Positions 19,019 to 28,466 of a stretch of DNA of 39,823 nucleotides are shown here, piece by piece. A model generated the notes under the pieces. It ran no database searches. It worked only from the letters and a program-made list of their open reading frames with translations, and was not told the DNA's origin. A program made the translations under genes and the position numbers. How positions within the stretch are numbered: position 1 is the stretch's first letter; each line of letters begins with the position of its first letter. Where the stretch lies: the IMG/VR virus record IMGVR_UViG_3300035389_000048, positions 1-39,823 of that record. One strand, written 5' to 3'. Source of the stretch: a virus. Its lineage: Duplodnaviria > Caudoviricetes.

Positions 19019-19468
19019 CTAAATTTCTCCTTCTTCCACTTCTACTAATAACGAAATTGCACTAACAAACATTGTATCTGTTTGAAAGTATTCAACTGTT
19101 TGAATTTCTGAATTTAAAGCAATACCACCAAGTCTAGAATTTGTTTTTAAAAGATAAACCAAAGTATCTGATAGTAAGTATCCGTCTTTAACCATTTGCT
19201 CTTTGCTAGAACTTTTGTTGGCTGATACTAAATCAAAACTGTAAATGTTTGAAAACATTTCTTCTGGTTTTCTTTCTCCTATTCCAATAACAAGTGATGG
19301 AAAAGTTTTAAGTTTGAATATATCTACAAATCCAGTTTCATAATTTTTATATTCTAAAAGAATATTGTCTGGACTTTCTTCCAGTAAATCATCAGCTAAT
19401 AGAGGTAAGCTTTCTTTTATCCAATCTGTAAGATCTTCTATTAGTTTATTTGTTTGACTTATAATCAT
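19019..19468 (-). CDS. Putative tail terminator/completion protein
   Basis: Position before major tail; FPSLVIG and LGG motifs. Confidence 0.6.
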   Translation of the reverse strand: MIISQTNKLIEDLTDWIKESLPLLADDLLEESPDNILLEYKNYETGFVDIFKLKTFPSLVIGIGERKPEEMFSNIYSFDLVSANKSSSKEQMVKDGYLLSDTLVYLLKTNSRLGGIALNSEIQTVEYFQTDTMFVSAISLLVEVEEGEI

Positions 19469-19857
19469 TTTGTTAATCCTTTGTTCTTTGAAACCTTGTT
19501 AAAGTTTGCTTCTATAATTTTGAATGCTCTCTTCTGACTTTTCCAATCAGTAAAAGAGGGACTCATAAATTCATGTTTTGTTCCTATATATCTCTTCAAG
19601 TAATTCAAATGTCCTTTAACTCCAACACCAGCCATAACTACAAATGAATGTGTTTCTTGTTTGTCTTTTAAAAATTTAACACTCTTATATAATTCACCAG
19701 TTTGGATATTCATCTTCTGTCCAGATAAATATTTCTTTTTAATATACTCAGCGTAATCTTCAGAAGCTTTGTACAAACCGTAATCAAAGATTTTACCAAA
19801 ATCATTATTCAATTTCTTATAGTCTTCAAAAGCAGAACCATCTATTACAAATTTCAT
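19465..19857 (-). CDS. Neck protein, HK97 gp10-like
   Basis: LSGQ...TGELYKS and FMSPSF motifs; synteny. Confidence 0.6.
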   Translation of the reverse strand: MKFVIDGSAFEDYKKLNNDFGKIFDYGLYKASEDYAEYIKKKYLSGQKMNIQTGELYKSVKFLKDKQETHSFVVMAGVGVKGHLNYLKRYIGTKHEFMSPSFTDWKSQKRAFKIIEANFNKVSKNKGLTK

Positions 19858-20387
19858 TAAACTACTCCATGCGAATTTCTAAATCTATTAAGAATAAATA
19901 AAATATTAGCTGGAATATGTTTCTCCAATGAAGTATTTCCACCTTCAAATGATTTAGAAGTTTCACCAACTAATTCATTTACTAATCTTTTTCTGAAAAA
20001 TTGTACTAATTCACAAGCTGCATACTTAATTATCTCTGGTGCTTCTTCATAACCAGCTGTATAAATAATATGAACTTCCTTGTCAAAGTTAATTCCTTCT
20101 TCAGTGAGTTTTACTATTCCTGTTTTTAGATCTACTCTATATAGAGGACTTTCTTCGTTTACAATTATTGATGTAACTTCGCTTACTGGCTTGTGAGTTA
20201 AGACTAATCTGTCATTGTAATTTGCATCATAATACTCATCAAATTCTTCTAGGGAGAAGTTAAGACCAGTATAAGTTTCTATAAAATCTTCAGCCATTGC
20301 TATCAAAGTTGTAGCTTGGTTTTGACTTTCAATGTTATTCTCTGGAATACTAAATCCCATGTTATTTAAATCTGCTATTGTTATCAT
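19857..20387 (-). CDS. Head-tail connector (gp6/gp15-like)
   Basis: AEDFIETYTG, YTAGY..P.IIKYAACELV; follows capsid. Confidence 0.8.
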   Translation of the reverse strand: MITIADLNNMGFSIPENNIESQNQATTLIAMAEDFIETYTGLNFSLEEFDEYYDANYNDRLVLTHKPVSEVTSIIVNEESPLYRVDLKTGIVKLTEEGINFDKEVHIIYTAGYEEAPEIIKYAACELVQFFRKRLVNELVGETSKSFEGGNTSLEKHIPANILFILNRFRNSHGVV

Positions 20388-20430
20388 GTTGTTTTTCTTT
20401 TCGTTTTTATTAGAAGTGGAAGAGGTGAAA

Positions 20431-20452
20431 CTCAGTAGAATTAACTACTGAG
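20431..20452 (-). terminator. Hairpin after major capsid gene
   Basis: CTCAGTAG-AATTAA-CTACTGAG. Confidence 0.65.
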
Positions 20453-20464
20453 CTATTTTAGAAT

Positions 20465-21532
20465 CTAAGCTGCCATTTTAAGAGCTACCATTGCTTCTGA
20501 TAAAACAAAGTGAGCATCTTCTCTAGCTGAACCCAAGAAACCTTTTTGTGAAGTAGTTGCATACAATTCATTAAGAGGTTTAATCTCAAAACTTGTTCTG
20601 TCCATAATCTTGTAATAAGCTAAGTCTGCAAAGATAATAGGAGTTGCTTCTGTTGCTACGTCTGGCATAGATTCTGCAATCTGTACATGTTTACCAAGAA
20701 CTTCAGTAAGAGCAACATTTTGATAACCATCATCAGTTAAAAGAGCTTTAACTGCTTTAAGAGTTTTAGAGTTCATTAACCAAGTTGCGTTTTCTCTGTA
20801 TTGTTCTTTCAAACCAAAGTAAGCTGTTTCAATATCTGCCCAAGTTAATACTGCTGCATCTGCTGTTACTGTATTTCCAGCTACAATAGATTTTGTAATA
20901 CCTTTTGGTTCGCCAACACCAGTACCATTGATGTATTTTACATTTTCAACATTAGCAATAGCTCTACCCATTTGTCCAACAAGTTCGCCTTCTAAATCGA
21001 AACCAGCGTTGTTCAAAGCATCTTCTGAAACTTTAACAAGAGTTGCTACTTTGTTAGCTTTCATTTCTACTGTTTCAAAAGTTGCAGTACTTTCTGTAAT
21101 AGAAGCAATTTCAGAACCGAAAGCTGCTTCAACTGGTGAACCTTCAACTGGAATAATTGAGTTACCATCAGCATTAGAAACACTTGCATACTTTCTCATG
21201 AAAGAACCTTCATCTCTCTTTTGTACTATTCTAGCATCTACTGTAGATGGTAATAGGATTGATACATTTGAGCTTGTATCGATTGCTTCTTTGATTAATT
21301 CTTTTATTGTTTTGTCCATTGTAATATTTTCCTTTAAGTCTTTAATTTTAGCTGGAAGTTCTACTTCAGCTACCTTTTCCATTTCAGCTATTTTGAAATC
21401 AATGCTTTCAACTTTTGTTTCTAAAGCTTCATATTCTGCTTTCAATTCTGGAGTTTTACTTTCATTAAGTTCTGTGAGTTTTGTCTCTAACTGAATAATT
21501 AATTCTTTCTTTTCTTCAATTAATTTTTCCAT
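20465..21532 (-). CDS. Major capsid protein, HK97 family
   Basis: Coiled-coil delta domain, VSEDAL, INGTGVGEPKGI, ATWLMN, IFADL. Confidence 0.92.
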   Translation of the reverse strand: MEKLIEEKKELIIQLETKLTELNESKTPELKAEYEALETKVESIDFKIAEMEKVAEVELPAKIKDLKENITMDKTIKELIKEAIDTSSNVSILLPSTVDARIVQKRDEGSFMRKYASVSNADGNSIIPVEGSPVEAAFGSEIASITESTATFETVEMKANKVATLVKVSEDALNNAGFDLEGELVGQMGRAIANVENVKYINGTGVGEPKGITKSIVAGNTVTADAAVLTWADIETAYFGLKEQYRENATWLMNSKTLKAVKALLTDDGYQNVALTEVLGKHVQIAESMPDVATEATPIIFADLAYYKIMDRTSFEIKPLNELYATTSQKGFLGSAREDAHFVLSEAMVALKMAA

Positions 21533-22182
21533 TTGTTAAACCTCTTATTAATAACTTCCAGTTCATCTTCTGAAATAGAAACCGTTGTTTCTTCGCTTGA
21601 GTCCAACGTTTTTTCATCAAGTTTCTCTTCTAAATCACTATCAGTGTTATCTACTATTTCTTCGTTTTCTTTTACTTCATTGTTTTCATCAGTAATGAAT
21701 ACTGAATAAGAAGGATTCAAAACGAAATCCAAATATCTCACTAACTCAAATGAATCAGCTTCAATTACGTTTGCTTCATTCATAGAGCCATATCCAACTG
21801 AACTAACTCCAACTTCACTTCCAGCTTTTACAATAGCTTTTAGTTTTTCACCAAATTCTCTATCTACTAAGTGAACGTCTACACAAAGATTTCCTTCAAC
21901 AATTTGAGGATTCTTTGAAACAGCTTTTACACTATTAAAATCTTGAGCATATTCTTCGTCTGGATGGTCGCAGTATGAATAAGTAATTGCATTCTCAGCA
22001 ATTAATCTTTCTGCAAGAGTTGTTGTATAAGTTCTTCCATTAAGATTTACTTCATCCAATCTCCAAACTGGAACAGAGTAAAAAATCATACTGTCAGAAA
22101 CAGTATTTACTTCTTCAGTAAGTTCTGAACGTTTAGTATTTATGGTTTTTAAACTTATATTTTCTATTAATAATTCTTTCAT
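21520..22182 (-). CDS. Prohead protease, T4 gp21-like
   Basis: NLNGRTY, CDHP, VGVSSVGYGS, DFVLNPS; acidic tail. Confidence 0.8.
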   Translation of the reverse strand: MKELLIENISLKTINTKRSELTEEVNTVSDSMIFYSVPVWRLDEVNLNGRTYTTTLAERLIAENAITYSYCDHPDEEYAQDFNSVKAVSKNPQIVEGNLCVDVHLVDREFGEKLKAIVKAGSEVGVSSVGYGSMNEANVIEADSFELVRYLDFVLNPSYSVFITDENNEVKENEEIVDNTDSDLEEKLDEKTLDSSEETTVSISEDELEVINKRFNKWKN

Positions 22183-22202
22183 TCTTTTTCCTTTTTTCTA
22201 AG

Positions 22203-22212
22203 TAACAAGTGT
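22203..22212 (-). promoter_or_regulatory. Late motif copy 4, preceded by terminator at ~22235-22269
   Basis: ACACTTGTTACTTAG, core ends 21 nt before 22182. Confidence 0.75.
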
Positions 22213-22328
22213 ATTTAAGGAAAATTTTTTAGACAAAAAAAAACACCATAGAATTAACTACAGTGTTTTATTGAGAAATTGATAATTTATTTAGAACTAT
22301 TTATATTTATAATATGGAGTTGATTTTC

Positions 22329-22895
22329 TTATTTTGAAGAGTTAAGTGTGTCCTTTAATACTTCAACAGTATTTAACTGTTCAGTATAGAAATTAGAATC
22401 CATGTATTTATTAACAGAGTAATCTTTTAACTGTTTTTCAACTTTTTTGATTCTTCTTTCATTCTTTAAGAAATCAACAATATGCTCTGCTTTTTCAAGT
22501 TCTGTACATCCCTCTAATTTTACTGATGTAAATTTTTCAATGTATTGTTTTATTCCTATTCTTTTTTTGCTAGTTTTTCCTTTGCCTGCATCTCGACCAG
22601 AAATAGCATAGTTAATTGATTTCTCCAAATCTTCAGCATCTTTCATTACTTGTTCTTCACTTTTATTTGAACTTCTAGCAATGTTCCCATCATTCAAAAG
22701 AGTAAGTGCTGGTTGAAGATAGTTCCTACAGAATCCTGAAAGACTATCAGTACTTTGATTTTCTTTAACCTTAAAGGAATCAAGTTTATTCCAATTCATT
22801 TTTAAATCTTGGAAGGCTTTGTTATCTATATTGTTTCCTAGTCCTAAGCTATACACACCGTTAATTTCTACTACTGATAATACTACGTTATTCAT
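22329..22895 (-). CDS. Hypothetical protein (moron between portal and protease)
   Basis: 188 aa; own sigma70-like promoter TTAACA(22984-79)-16-TACAAT(22962-57) with TG extension; flanking terminators. Confidence 0.65.
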   Translation of the reverse strand: MNNVVLSVVEINGVYSLGLGNNIDNKAFQDLKMNWNKLDSFKVKENQSTDSLSGFCRNYLQPALTLLNDGNIARSSNKSEEQVMKDAEDLEKSINYAISGRDAGKGKTSKKRIGIKQYIEKFTSVKLEGCTELEKAEHIVDFLKNERRIKKVEKQLKDYSVNKYMDSNFYTEQLNTVEVLKDTLNSSK

Positions 22896-23164
22896 ATGTT
22901 ATTTCCTTGTTTAAGTTAATTTTTTTATTGGTTGTGCACTTCCAATTTACTCTCTTATTGTAACATTTTTTTTATTCTTGTTAATCACTTAACACTTTTT
23001 AGGTTTTAATTTGTTATATTATAGGTAATTACAAATCTAAAAAAAAAATCCGTTAAGTACTTTTAAGAAAATTTAACAACTTAACAAATGTTTTTATAAA
23101 AAAGCCCCAGCCAAAAGACTGGAACAATATATATAAAATACTCTAAGAGGGAGTATTATTTTAT

Positions 23165-25177
23165 TTATATACTTGGTGTGATTACACACTGACAAGATTT
23201 ATGAAGAGGAAAGTGTGAATAGTCTTTTTTGATATAGGTTTTGTTCCCATCACCATCTTCAACTTCACTTCCTTTTGCAGCTAAATATCCTTCAACACCA
23301 AAAACTTTGCCAGAAAATTGTTGACAAAAATCACAAGCATCTGGATCAACTACAGCTTTAAGTTTAGTTAAACCATAACCAATAGAAGCTGCCTTAATTA
23401 TTGCATTAGAACTTCTAACAGATTCTTCTTCTGAAGTTTCTCTTGGAAGATTCATCTTTAAGTTTGAAGATATTTCTTGAAAATCATTTACAGCAGTTTC
23501 TGGAGTAGTCTTCTCTGCTGTATTAATCATCTTATGAACTATTTCTCCTGTGTGTCTGTGAATAAAAGAAGCTGTATATTTTTCTATGAAGTTCTTTAAG
23601 TCTTCTTCATCAGCTAGAGTTTCTTTTCCTAATTGCTTCATTAGAGATTTGTTAATACTAAGTGAAATCTCATTAAAGATTGTTTGAAATTGTTCTGTAT
23701 ATTCTATAGCTATTCTACCAACATTAGAATTGATAAGTTCTTTAAAAGAAGTAACTCCCTGAGAACCTATAACTGCAATATTTTCATCCATCAAAGCAAG
23801 TTCTTGCTTTAACATTTTAGCAGTAAGTCTTTCAATTTTTTTCTTGGCTGTTGCTGAAATTTCTTTGCGTTCTTGAATATAAAATGATTCAGTAAGTAGT
23901 TCTTCTTTGATTGGTTCTATAACTTCCTCAATAATTTCTTCTACTTTTGGTTCAGCTATTTCTTCACTACCAGAAACGTAGTTTGCTGGAATATAGTTTG
24001 TTGCTGTTGCTCTTGAAACATAATTCAATGGAACAAAGAAAGTATCACCATCAATTACTGGATTTAAGTCTTCTCTTTCTCTTACTTCATTAATATTCAT
24101 CCAGCCATTTTGAAGGGCAAGTCCGAAAGCTGCATACCTTGAACTGGTATCACCACGAAGGAAAGCATCCATATTGTATTTGACTGAATATTTCTTTCTA
24201 TCTTTTTCTGAGAACAGCTTATTATTTAATGCTTCCTCAATCTTAACTATTCTAGGGAGAAGAGTTGTTCTTAATTCTTGTATTGCTTGCTGTTCTACAT
24301 TTGAGAATGTAGCATGAGATAAATCTCCAAGAACATAAGGTGAAACACCAAATCTTCTAGCTACTTCTTGAATTGAAAACTCTCTGGTTTGAATTATTTG
24401 TTGGTCTTCAGCTGAGAATTTCAAAGGTTCATAGGTTACTCCACCAGAAAGAACTACTGTAGAAAATGAGTTTTTAACTCCAGCAAATGTATTATCAAAT
24501 GAAGTTTTAAGTCTTTGCTTATCTTCATTAGAATAAGTATCTGGAACTTGAATAACTCCACCAGCCATAGTTCCTTTTTGTAAATACTTTCTTTGAAGGT
24601 CTTCACCAGCTTTGGATAATTCAAGTGTACTATCCATATATTGAATTGGTTTTAAAGGAATAAAACCTGTTGATGAACCACCCATAATCATTAAAAGATT
24701 CTCTATAGGAAGTTCAGCTCCGTTTGGGAGATAAGTATAAGTTAATCTTCCACTGTATGCTGTGATTTGAATGTCTTTTGTAGCTAATGGATATAGAGCA
24801 ATAGGGTAGCCATTACTAGAACGTGTAATTTCTGCATAAGAAATACCAAATAATTCTAAGTTTATAATCATTGTTTCAAAGAAAACTGATTTTGTCATGT
24901 AAGGATTTGGGTTATTTAACAAGCTTACAACTGGATGTTTGAAGTTTTCAGTTCTTTTGTTCTCGTCTTTTTCGTAAATATGAATTGGGAGTGTAGATAT
25001 TGTTTGAGATAGATATCTAACAGCCGCCCAAACTGCTGAGTTATTAAAAACTCTAGAAAGTTCAGATGGGAAAAGAACTGATATTGCAGAATTATTACTT
25101 CCTGTAAATATAGCTTCTTTCAATTCTGTTGATTCTTTTACTTCTACTTTCTTGTTTCTTTTAAATATATTATTCAT
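23165..25177 (-). CDS. HK97-family portal fused to Mu gpF-like head morphogenesis domain
   Basis: AVWAAV..LSQTISTLP, EVARRFGV, SNVEQQ, GWMNINEVR; C-terminal DACDFC...PLHKSCQC. Confidence 0.88.
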   Translation of the reverse strand: MNNIFKRNKKVEVKESTELKEAIFTGSNNSAISVLFPSELSRVFNNSAVWAAVRYLSQTISTLPIHIYEKDENKRTENFKHPVVSLLNNPNPYMTKSVFFETMIINLELFGISYAEITRSSNGYPIALYPLATKDIQITAYSGRLTYTYLPNGAELPIENLLMIMGGSSTGFIPLKPIQYMDSTLELSKAGEDLQRKYLQKGTMAGGVIQVPDTYSNEDKQRLKTSFDNTFAGVKNSFSTVVLSGGVTYEPLKFSAEDQQIIQTREFSIQEVARRFGVSPYVLGDLSHATFSNVEQQAIQELRTTLLPRIVKIEEALNNKLFSEKDRKKYSVKYNMDAFLRGDTSSRYAAFGLALQNGWMNINEVREREDLNPVIDGDTFFVPLNYVSRATATNYIPANYVSGSEEIAEPKVEEIIEEVIEPIKEELLTESFYIQERKEISATAKKKIERLTAKMLKQELALMDENIAVIGSQGVTSFKELINSNVGRIAIEYTEQFQTIFNEISLSINKSLMKQLGKETLADEEDLKNFIEKYTASFIHRHTGEIVHKMINTAEKTTPETAVNDFQEISSNLKMNLPRETSEEESVRSSNAIIKAASIGYGLTKLKAVVDPDACDFCQQFSGKVFGVEGYLAAKGSEVEDGDGNKTYIKKDYSHFPLHKSCQCVITPSI

Positions 25178-25200
25178 TTATGTTCCTTCTATTTTCTAAG

Positions 25201-25210
25201 TAACAAGTGT
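25201..25210 (-). promoter_or_regulatory. Late motif copy 5
   Basis: Ends 24 nt before portal start. Confidence 0.75.
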
Positions 25211-25237
25211 AATAATGATGAATAAATTTGAGTTTGA

Positions 25238-25594
25238 TTATTCTATAGTTAATAATTCTTGTATGTTCTTCATCCACTTCTTTGTAAAGAATTCTGTCTT
25301 TCTAAAATGGTATTTTGCATTTATATCTGATAACCAAATTCTGATATCTATTGTTCCAGAAATTTGAATTCCAGAACATTTAATTCTATCTCTAACTTTC
25401 TCTTCAGTGAATAATAAAATTTCACTATCTCCTAATTCCATTTTCTTAACATTCTCTGTTAAATGAATTGTTGATTTCTCATCATATTCTTCTTCAGTAA
25501 ATGTAATTGCTATTTGTCTTTGGAATACGTGAACTTCTGGATGATTCTCTTGGAACTCTTCTACTAATTTTGTTACTTCATTTTTGTTTGTCAT
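25238..25594 (-). CDS. Hypothetical protein inserted between terL and portal
   Basis: 118 aa, GAGGG RBS, preceded by bipartite motif at 25614-25651. Confidence 0.65.
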   Translation of the reverse strand: MTNKNEVTKLVEEFQENHPEVHVFQRQIAITFTEEEYDEKSTIHLTENVKKMELGDSEILLFTEEKVRDRIKCSGIQISGTIDIRIWLSDINAKYHFRKTEFFTKKWMKNIQELLTIE

Positions 25595-25649
25595 TTTCTT
25601 TTCCCTCTGTAATATTAACTTGTTTTATTTTTGAGGAAGAGAACAATTT

Positions 25650-27350
25650 TTAGAAAAACATAACATCATCTTCAACTTCTCTTTTGCTGAATTTCATTTG
25701 ATCTAAAGCAATTTGATAACTCATAATTGAAGCAATAACTCCATCAATATGTTTGCCAGATTCTCTTTTAACTTTTACAATCTTAACATTTCCATTATCA
25801 TCCATTTTTACAGAACAGTTGTTTATATGATTATTCATTATAGGATTTTCTTCTATTCTTAAACTGGTTTCCATTATTCCACGTTCGAAATGTTGGATAG
25901 CTGGACTCATTGTCTTGTAGCCTTGAGAGAACTCAATGAACTTGTAATCTAAGTCTGGCATATAGTGAACTAAGTCTGTCAATTTCCATCTATCACACGC
26001 TATGTATTCAATATTGTATTCTTTTACAGCATTTTGAATCCATTCAGATACTTCTTCAAAATCAATTACATTTCCAGAAGTAAGAGTTATCAATCCTGCC
26101 TTCTGTAATTGTTGATAAGGCATCTTATCTCTCTTTTCTGCTTCCTGTACGTTGTCTTCTGGAAGAAAACAATGAGTTCTGTTGTAACAAATTGTTCCAT
26201 CTTCACTTACAAATGTCATTGCAAAGGCTGTTAAATCTATTGAAGAACTTAAATCTAGTCCAGCATAGCAATGGAATTTAGGCATTGTCATTGGTTTAAC
26301 TACTGCTTTGTTCCAATTATCATAAGATAACCAACTACTTTTGGCTGCATTTGTCCATTGATTAAGGTTTTTAGTAAGAAAGTCTACAACTTTTGTTGGA
26401 GAAGCTATTGCTTCAGCTAGTCTTTGTTCTAGGAAGGATTGTCTGACTGATATTCCTAAGTTTGGATTTGATTTTCTCCAATTCTCTATCTTAGTCCAAT
26501 CATCTTTCTTTTCCATTATGAAGTTCATAATAAAATAAGAATCATCTACAGCTTCTCCAGAAAGAATCTTTTCAGTCATTTCAAATTCATCATAAGCCCA
26601 GCAATTCAGATCTAGTCCAGCTGTAGTAATTGAAAAGATAAGAGGTTGAACTCTTGAACCCATTCCAGAATACATAGCGTTATACATTTCACCGTTATCA
26701 TCCATAGTATGAGCTTCATCTACAATTACAAAACTTGGATTGTAACCATCTGATTTTCTTCCAGTTGAAGCAAGTGCTGAGAAATATGAATCACTAGATT
26801 TAATTTTATATTGAGCTAAAACAATTAGAGAAGAAAGGTATTCATCAGCTTCAATTATTTTAGCAGCTGCATCAAATACAATTTTGGATTGAGCTAGCTT
26901 AGAACTTATAGAATAAATCTGTCCAGAAGCTTCTCCATCTTCTATTAAGTGATATATAGCAAGAGCAGCACAGAGCAAAGTCTTTCCGTTCTTTCTTGAA
27001 ATTTGAACCCAAGCTTTTTTGAATCTTCTGTAACCAGTTTCTTTTTCAATGAAGCCATAGATATTCCAGATCAAAAATTTCTGAAATGGTTCTAATCTTA
27101 ATCTCTTTCCAGCAAGTACTCCTTCAAAGTGTCTACAATGAATTTGTACAAAGTTTATAACCTTGTATGCTTTGTTCTTTTCAAAGTTCCATTTAGGATT
27201 CTCTAAATCTTTTAGATATCTTTTAACAGCATTGTATTCTGAGTTTCCTACAATGATTTTTCTGTTGATAACTTGGTCAATATAGAAATCAATGTCAGTA
27301 TCTGTTTTATGATTTAGCTGTTTTAATACAGCTGGTTTTATATTCTTCAT
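25650..27350 (-). CDS. terL: Terminase large subunit
   Basis: LEPFQ, SRKNGKT Walker A, VIVDEAH Walker B, ITTAG, GLDLSS..DLTA, HIDG. Confidence 0.95.
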   Translation of the reverse strand: MKNIKPAVLKQLNHKTDTDIDFYIDQVINRKIIVGNSEYNAVKRYLKDLENPKWNFEKNKAYKVINFVQIHCRHFEGVLAGKRLRLEPFQKFLIWNIYGFIEKETGYRRFKKAWVQISRKNGKTLLCAALAIYHLIEDGEASGQIYSISSKLAQSKIVFDAAAKIIEADEYLSSLIVLAQYKIKSSDSYFSALASTGRKSDGYNPSFVIVDEAHTMDDNGEMYNAMYSGMGSRVQPLIFSITTAGLDLNCWAYDEFEMTEKILSGEAVDDSYFIMNFIMEKKDDWTKIENWRKSNPNLGISVRQSFLEQRLAEAIASPTKVVDFLTKNLNQWTNAAKSSWLSYDNWNKAVVKPMTMPKFHCYAGLDLSSSIDLTAFAMTFVSEDGTICYNRTHCFLPEDNVQEAEKRDKMPYQQLQKAGLITLTSGNVIDFEEVSEWIQNAVKEYNIEYIACDRWKLTDLVHYMPDLDYKFIEFSQGYKTMSPAIQHFERGIMETSLRIEENPIMNNHINNCSVKMDDNGNVKIVKVKRESGKHIDGVIASIMSYQIALDQMKFSKREVEDDVMFF

Positions 27351-27800
27351 CTATAGTAACTCTGATAGTAAGTCTTCTTCCTCACTTTCTGTTGGATTTT
27401 TTACTGTATTTGTAAGAGGACAAAGAGCATTAAGAAGTTTGATAGATTTTAGATATGATTCATGAGCCTTAGCTTTGTTAGAAAGTTCAACTTGGTTCTG
27501 GCTGTTTGCGTGAGTCAATAAATACTCAGCCATAGTTCGCTTGTACGATTTACTTTTCTTAGTAACTGGATCTATTTCAATTCTTGTATGAATTGCTTTG
27601 TCAAATTCTTGGAATGTTGAGAAAGATGAAACTGTCAAAGTTAGAAGTCCAATGTCTTTTTCTGTAATGTGTAGTGAATTTGATAATCTATTCCATTCAT
27701 CTTTTTCTCTCTTGAGATATTCTTTTGGTGGTTCTGGAAAGATCCTAGATCCTTGAGTTCGATTTGATTTTATCTTGTTTTTTATGTCTATAGCTTTCAT
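27351..27800 (-). CDS. terS: Terminase small subunit (P27-like)
   Basis: PEPPKEYL...EW.RL motif; abuts terL. Confidence 0.7.
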   Translation of the reverse strand: MKAIDIKNKIKSNRTQGSRIFPEPPKEYLKREKDEWNRLSNSLHITEKDIGLLTLTVSSFSTFQEFDKAIHTRIEIDPVTKKSKSYKRTMAEYLLTHANSQNQVELSNKAKAHESYLKSIKLLNALCPLTNTVKNPTESEEEDLLSELL

Positions 27801-27859
27801 TTTTGTCCTTTTATGATGTTTTTGCCTTTCCTAATTCTTGTGTGTGAGAAACTTTGATG

Positions 27860-27915
27860 AAGCAGTCTGGTCGACTCTCGAGTCTCCCAGACCTACGAAC
27901 CCCCTCTCCCCCTAA
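27860..27915 (-). other. Candidate cos region
   Basis: GC-rich GGGGGAGAGGGGG plus hairpin GTCTGG..GACTCGAGAGTC..CCAGAC between HNH and terS. Confidence 0.6.
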
Positions 27916-27941
27916 AGAAAGTTGAGTCTTAAACTGAATGT

Positions 27942-28358
27942 TTATACAAAGAAATCGTCTTTAACCTTCTTGAATGAATTGAAACTATCCAGTTTCAATC
28001 TGTCTTGTTTTGCTTTTTTTAAGTTGCAGCTTTGACAAAGAGGTTGAAATAATTCTTGGTGATTGTAGAAGGAGTTGAAGTTATCTCCATAGAGTTCTTT
28101 GAAGACTGGAGCTGGGTAAGCTTTGTGGTCTGTTACAGTTGCCTTTGCTCCACAAATAGCACACTGTTGATGTTCCTTGTTTGATAGATACCATTGAGAG
28201 AAAGTCTTCCAACTTCCAGAATATCCACGCTCTGAAGCTGTTGCTCTTCCTTTGTCGTTCTGTTTGTTTATATACTTTGTGCATTCATCACAGTAACCAG
28301 ATTTGTTTTGATGTATTGCTCCACAACGTTTGCACCTCTTTGATATTCTTATTGCCAT
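27942..28358 (-). CDS. Packaging HNH endonuclease (HK97 gp74-like)
   Basis: ASERGY..W, CAIC...ATVTDH, QPLCQSCN..K. Confidence 0.88.
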   Translation of the reverse strand: MAIRISKRCKRCGAIHQNKSGYCDECTKYINKQNDKGRATASERGYSGSWKTFSQWYLSNKEHQQCAICGAKATVTDHKAYPAPVFKELYGDNFNSFYNHQELFQPLCQSCNLKKAKQDRLKLDSFNSFKKVKDDFFV

Positions 28359-28381
28359 TTTCTTTTTCTCTCCTATGCTTA

Positions 28382-28391
28382 TAACAAGTGT
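28382..28391 (-). promoter_or_regulatory. Late motif copy 6
   Basis: Ends 24 nt before HNH start. Confidence 0.75.
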
Positions 28392-28466
28392 TGTTAAGAG
28401 AGATATTTCTTTTGACTTAGTTACCTAATAGTTGTAGTATTTATGAATAAATTAGGGAGAGATAAA

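Noticed and set aside
15292-21494. Plus-strand ORFs inside tape measure and capsid genes
   Set aside because: Antisense shadows caused by codon bias
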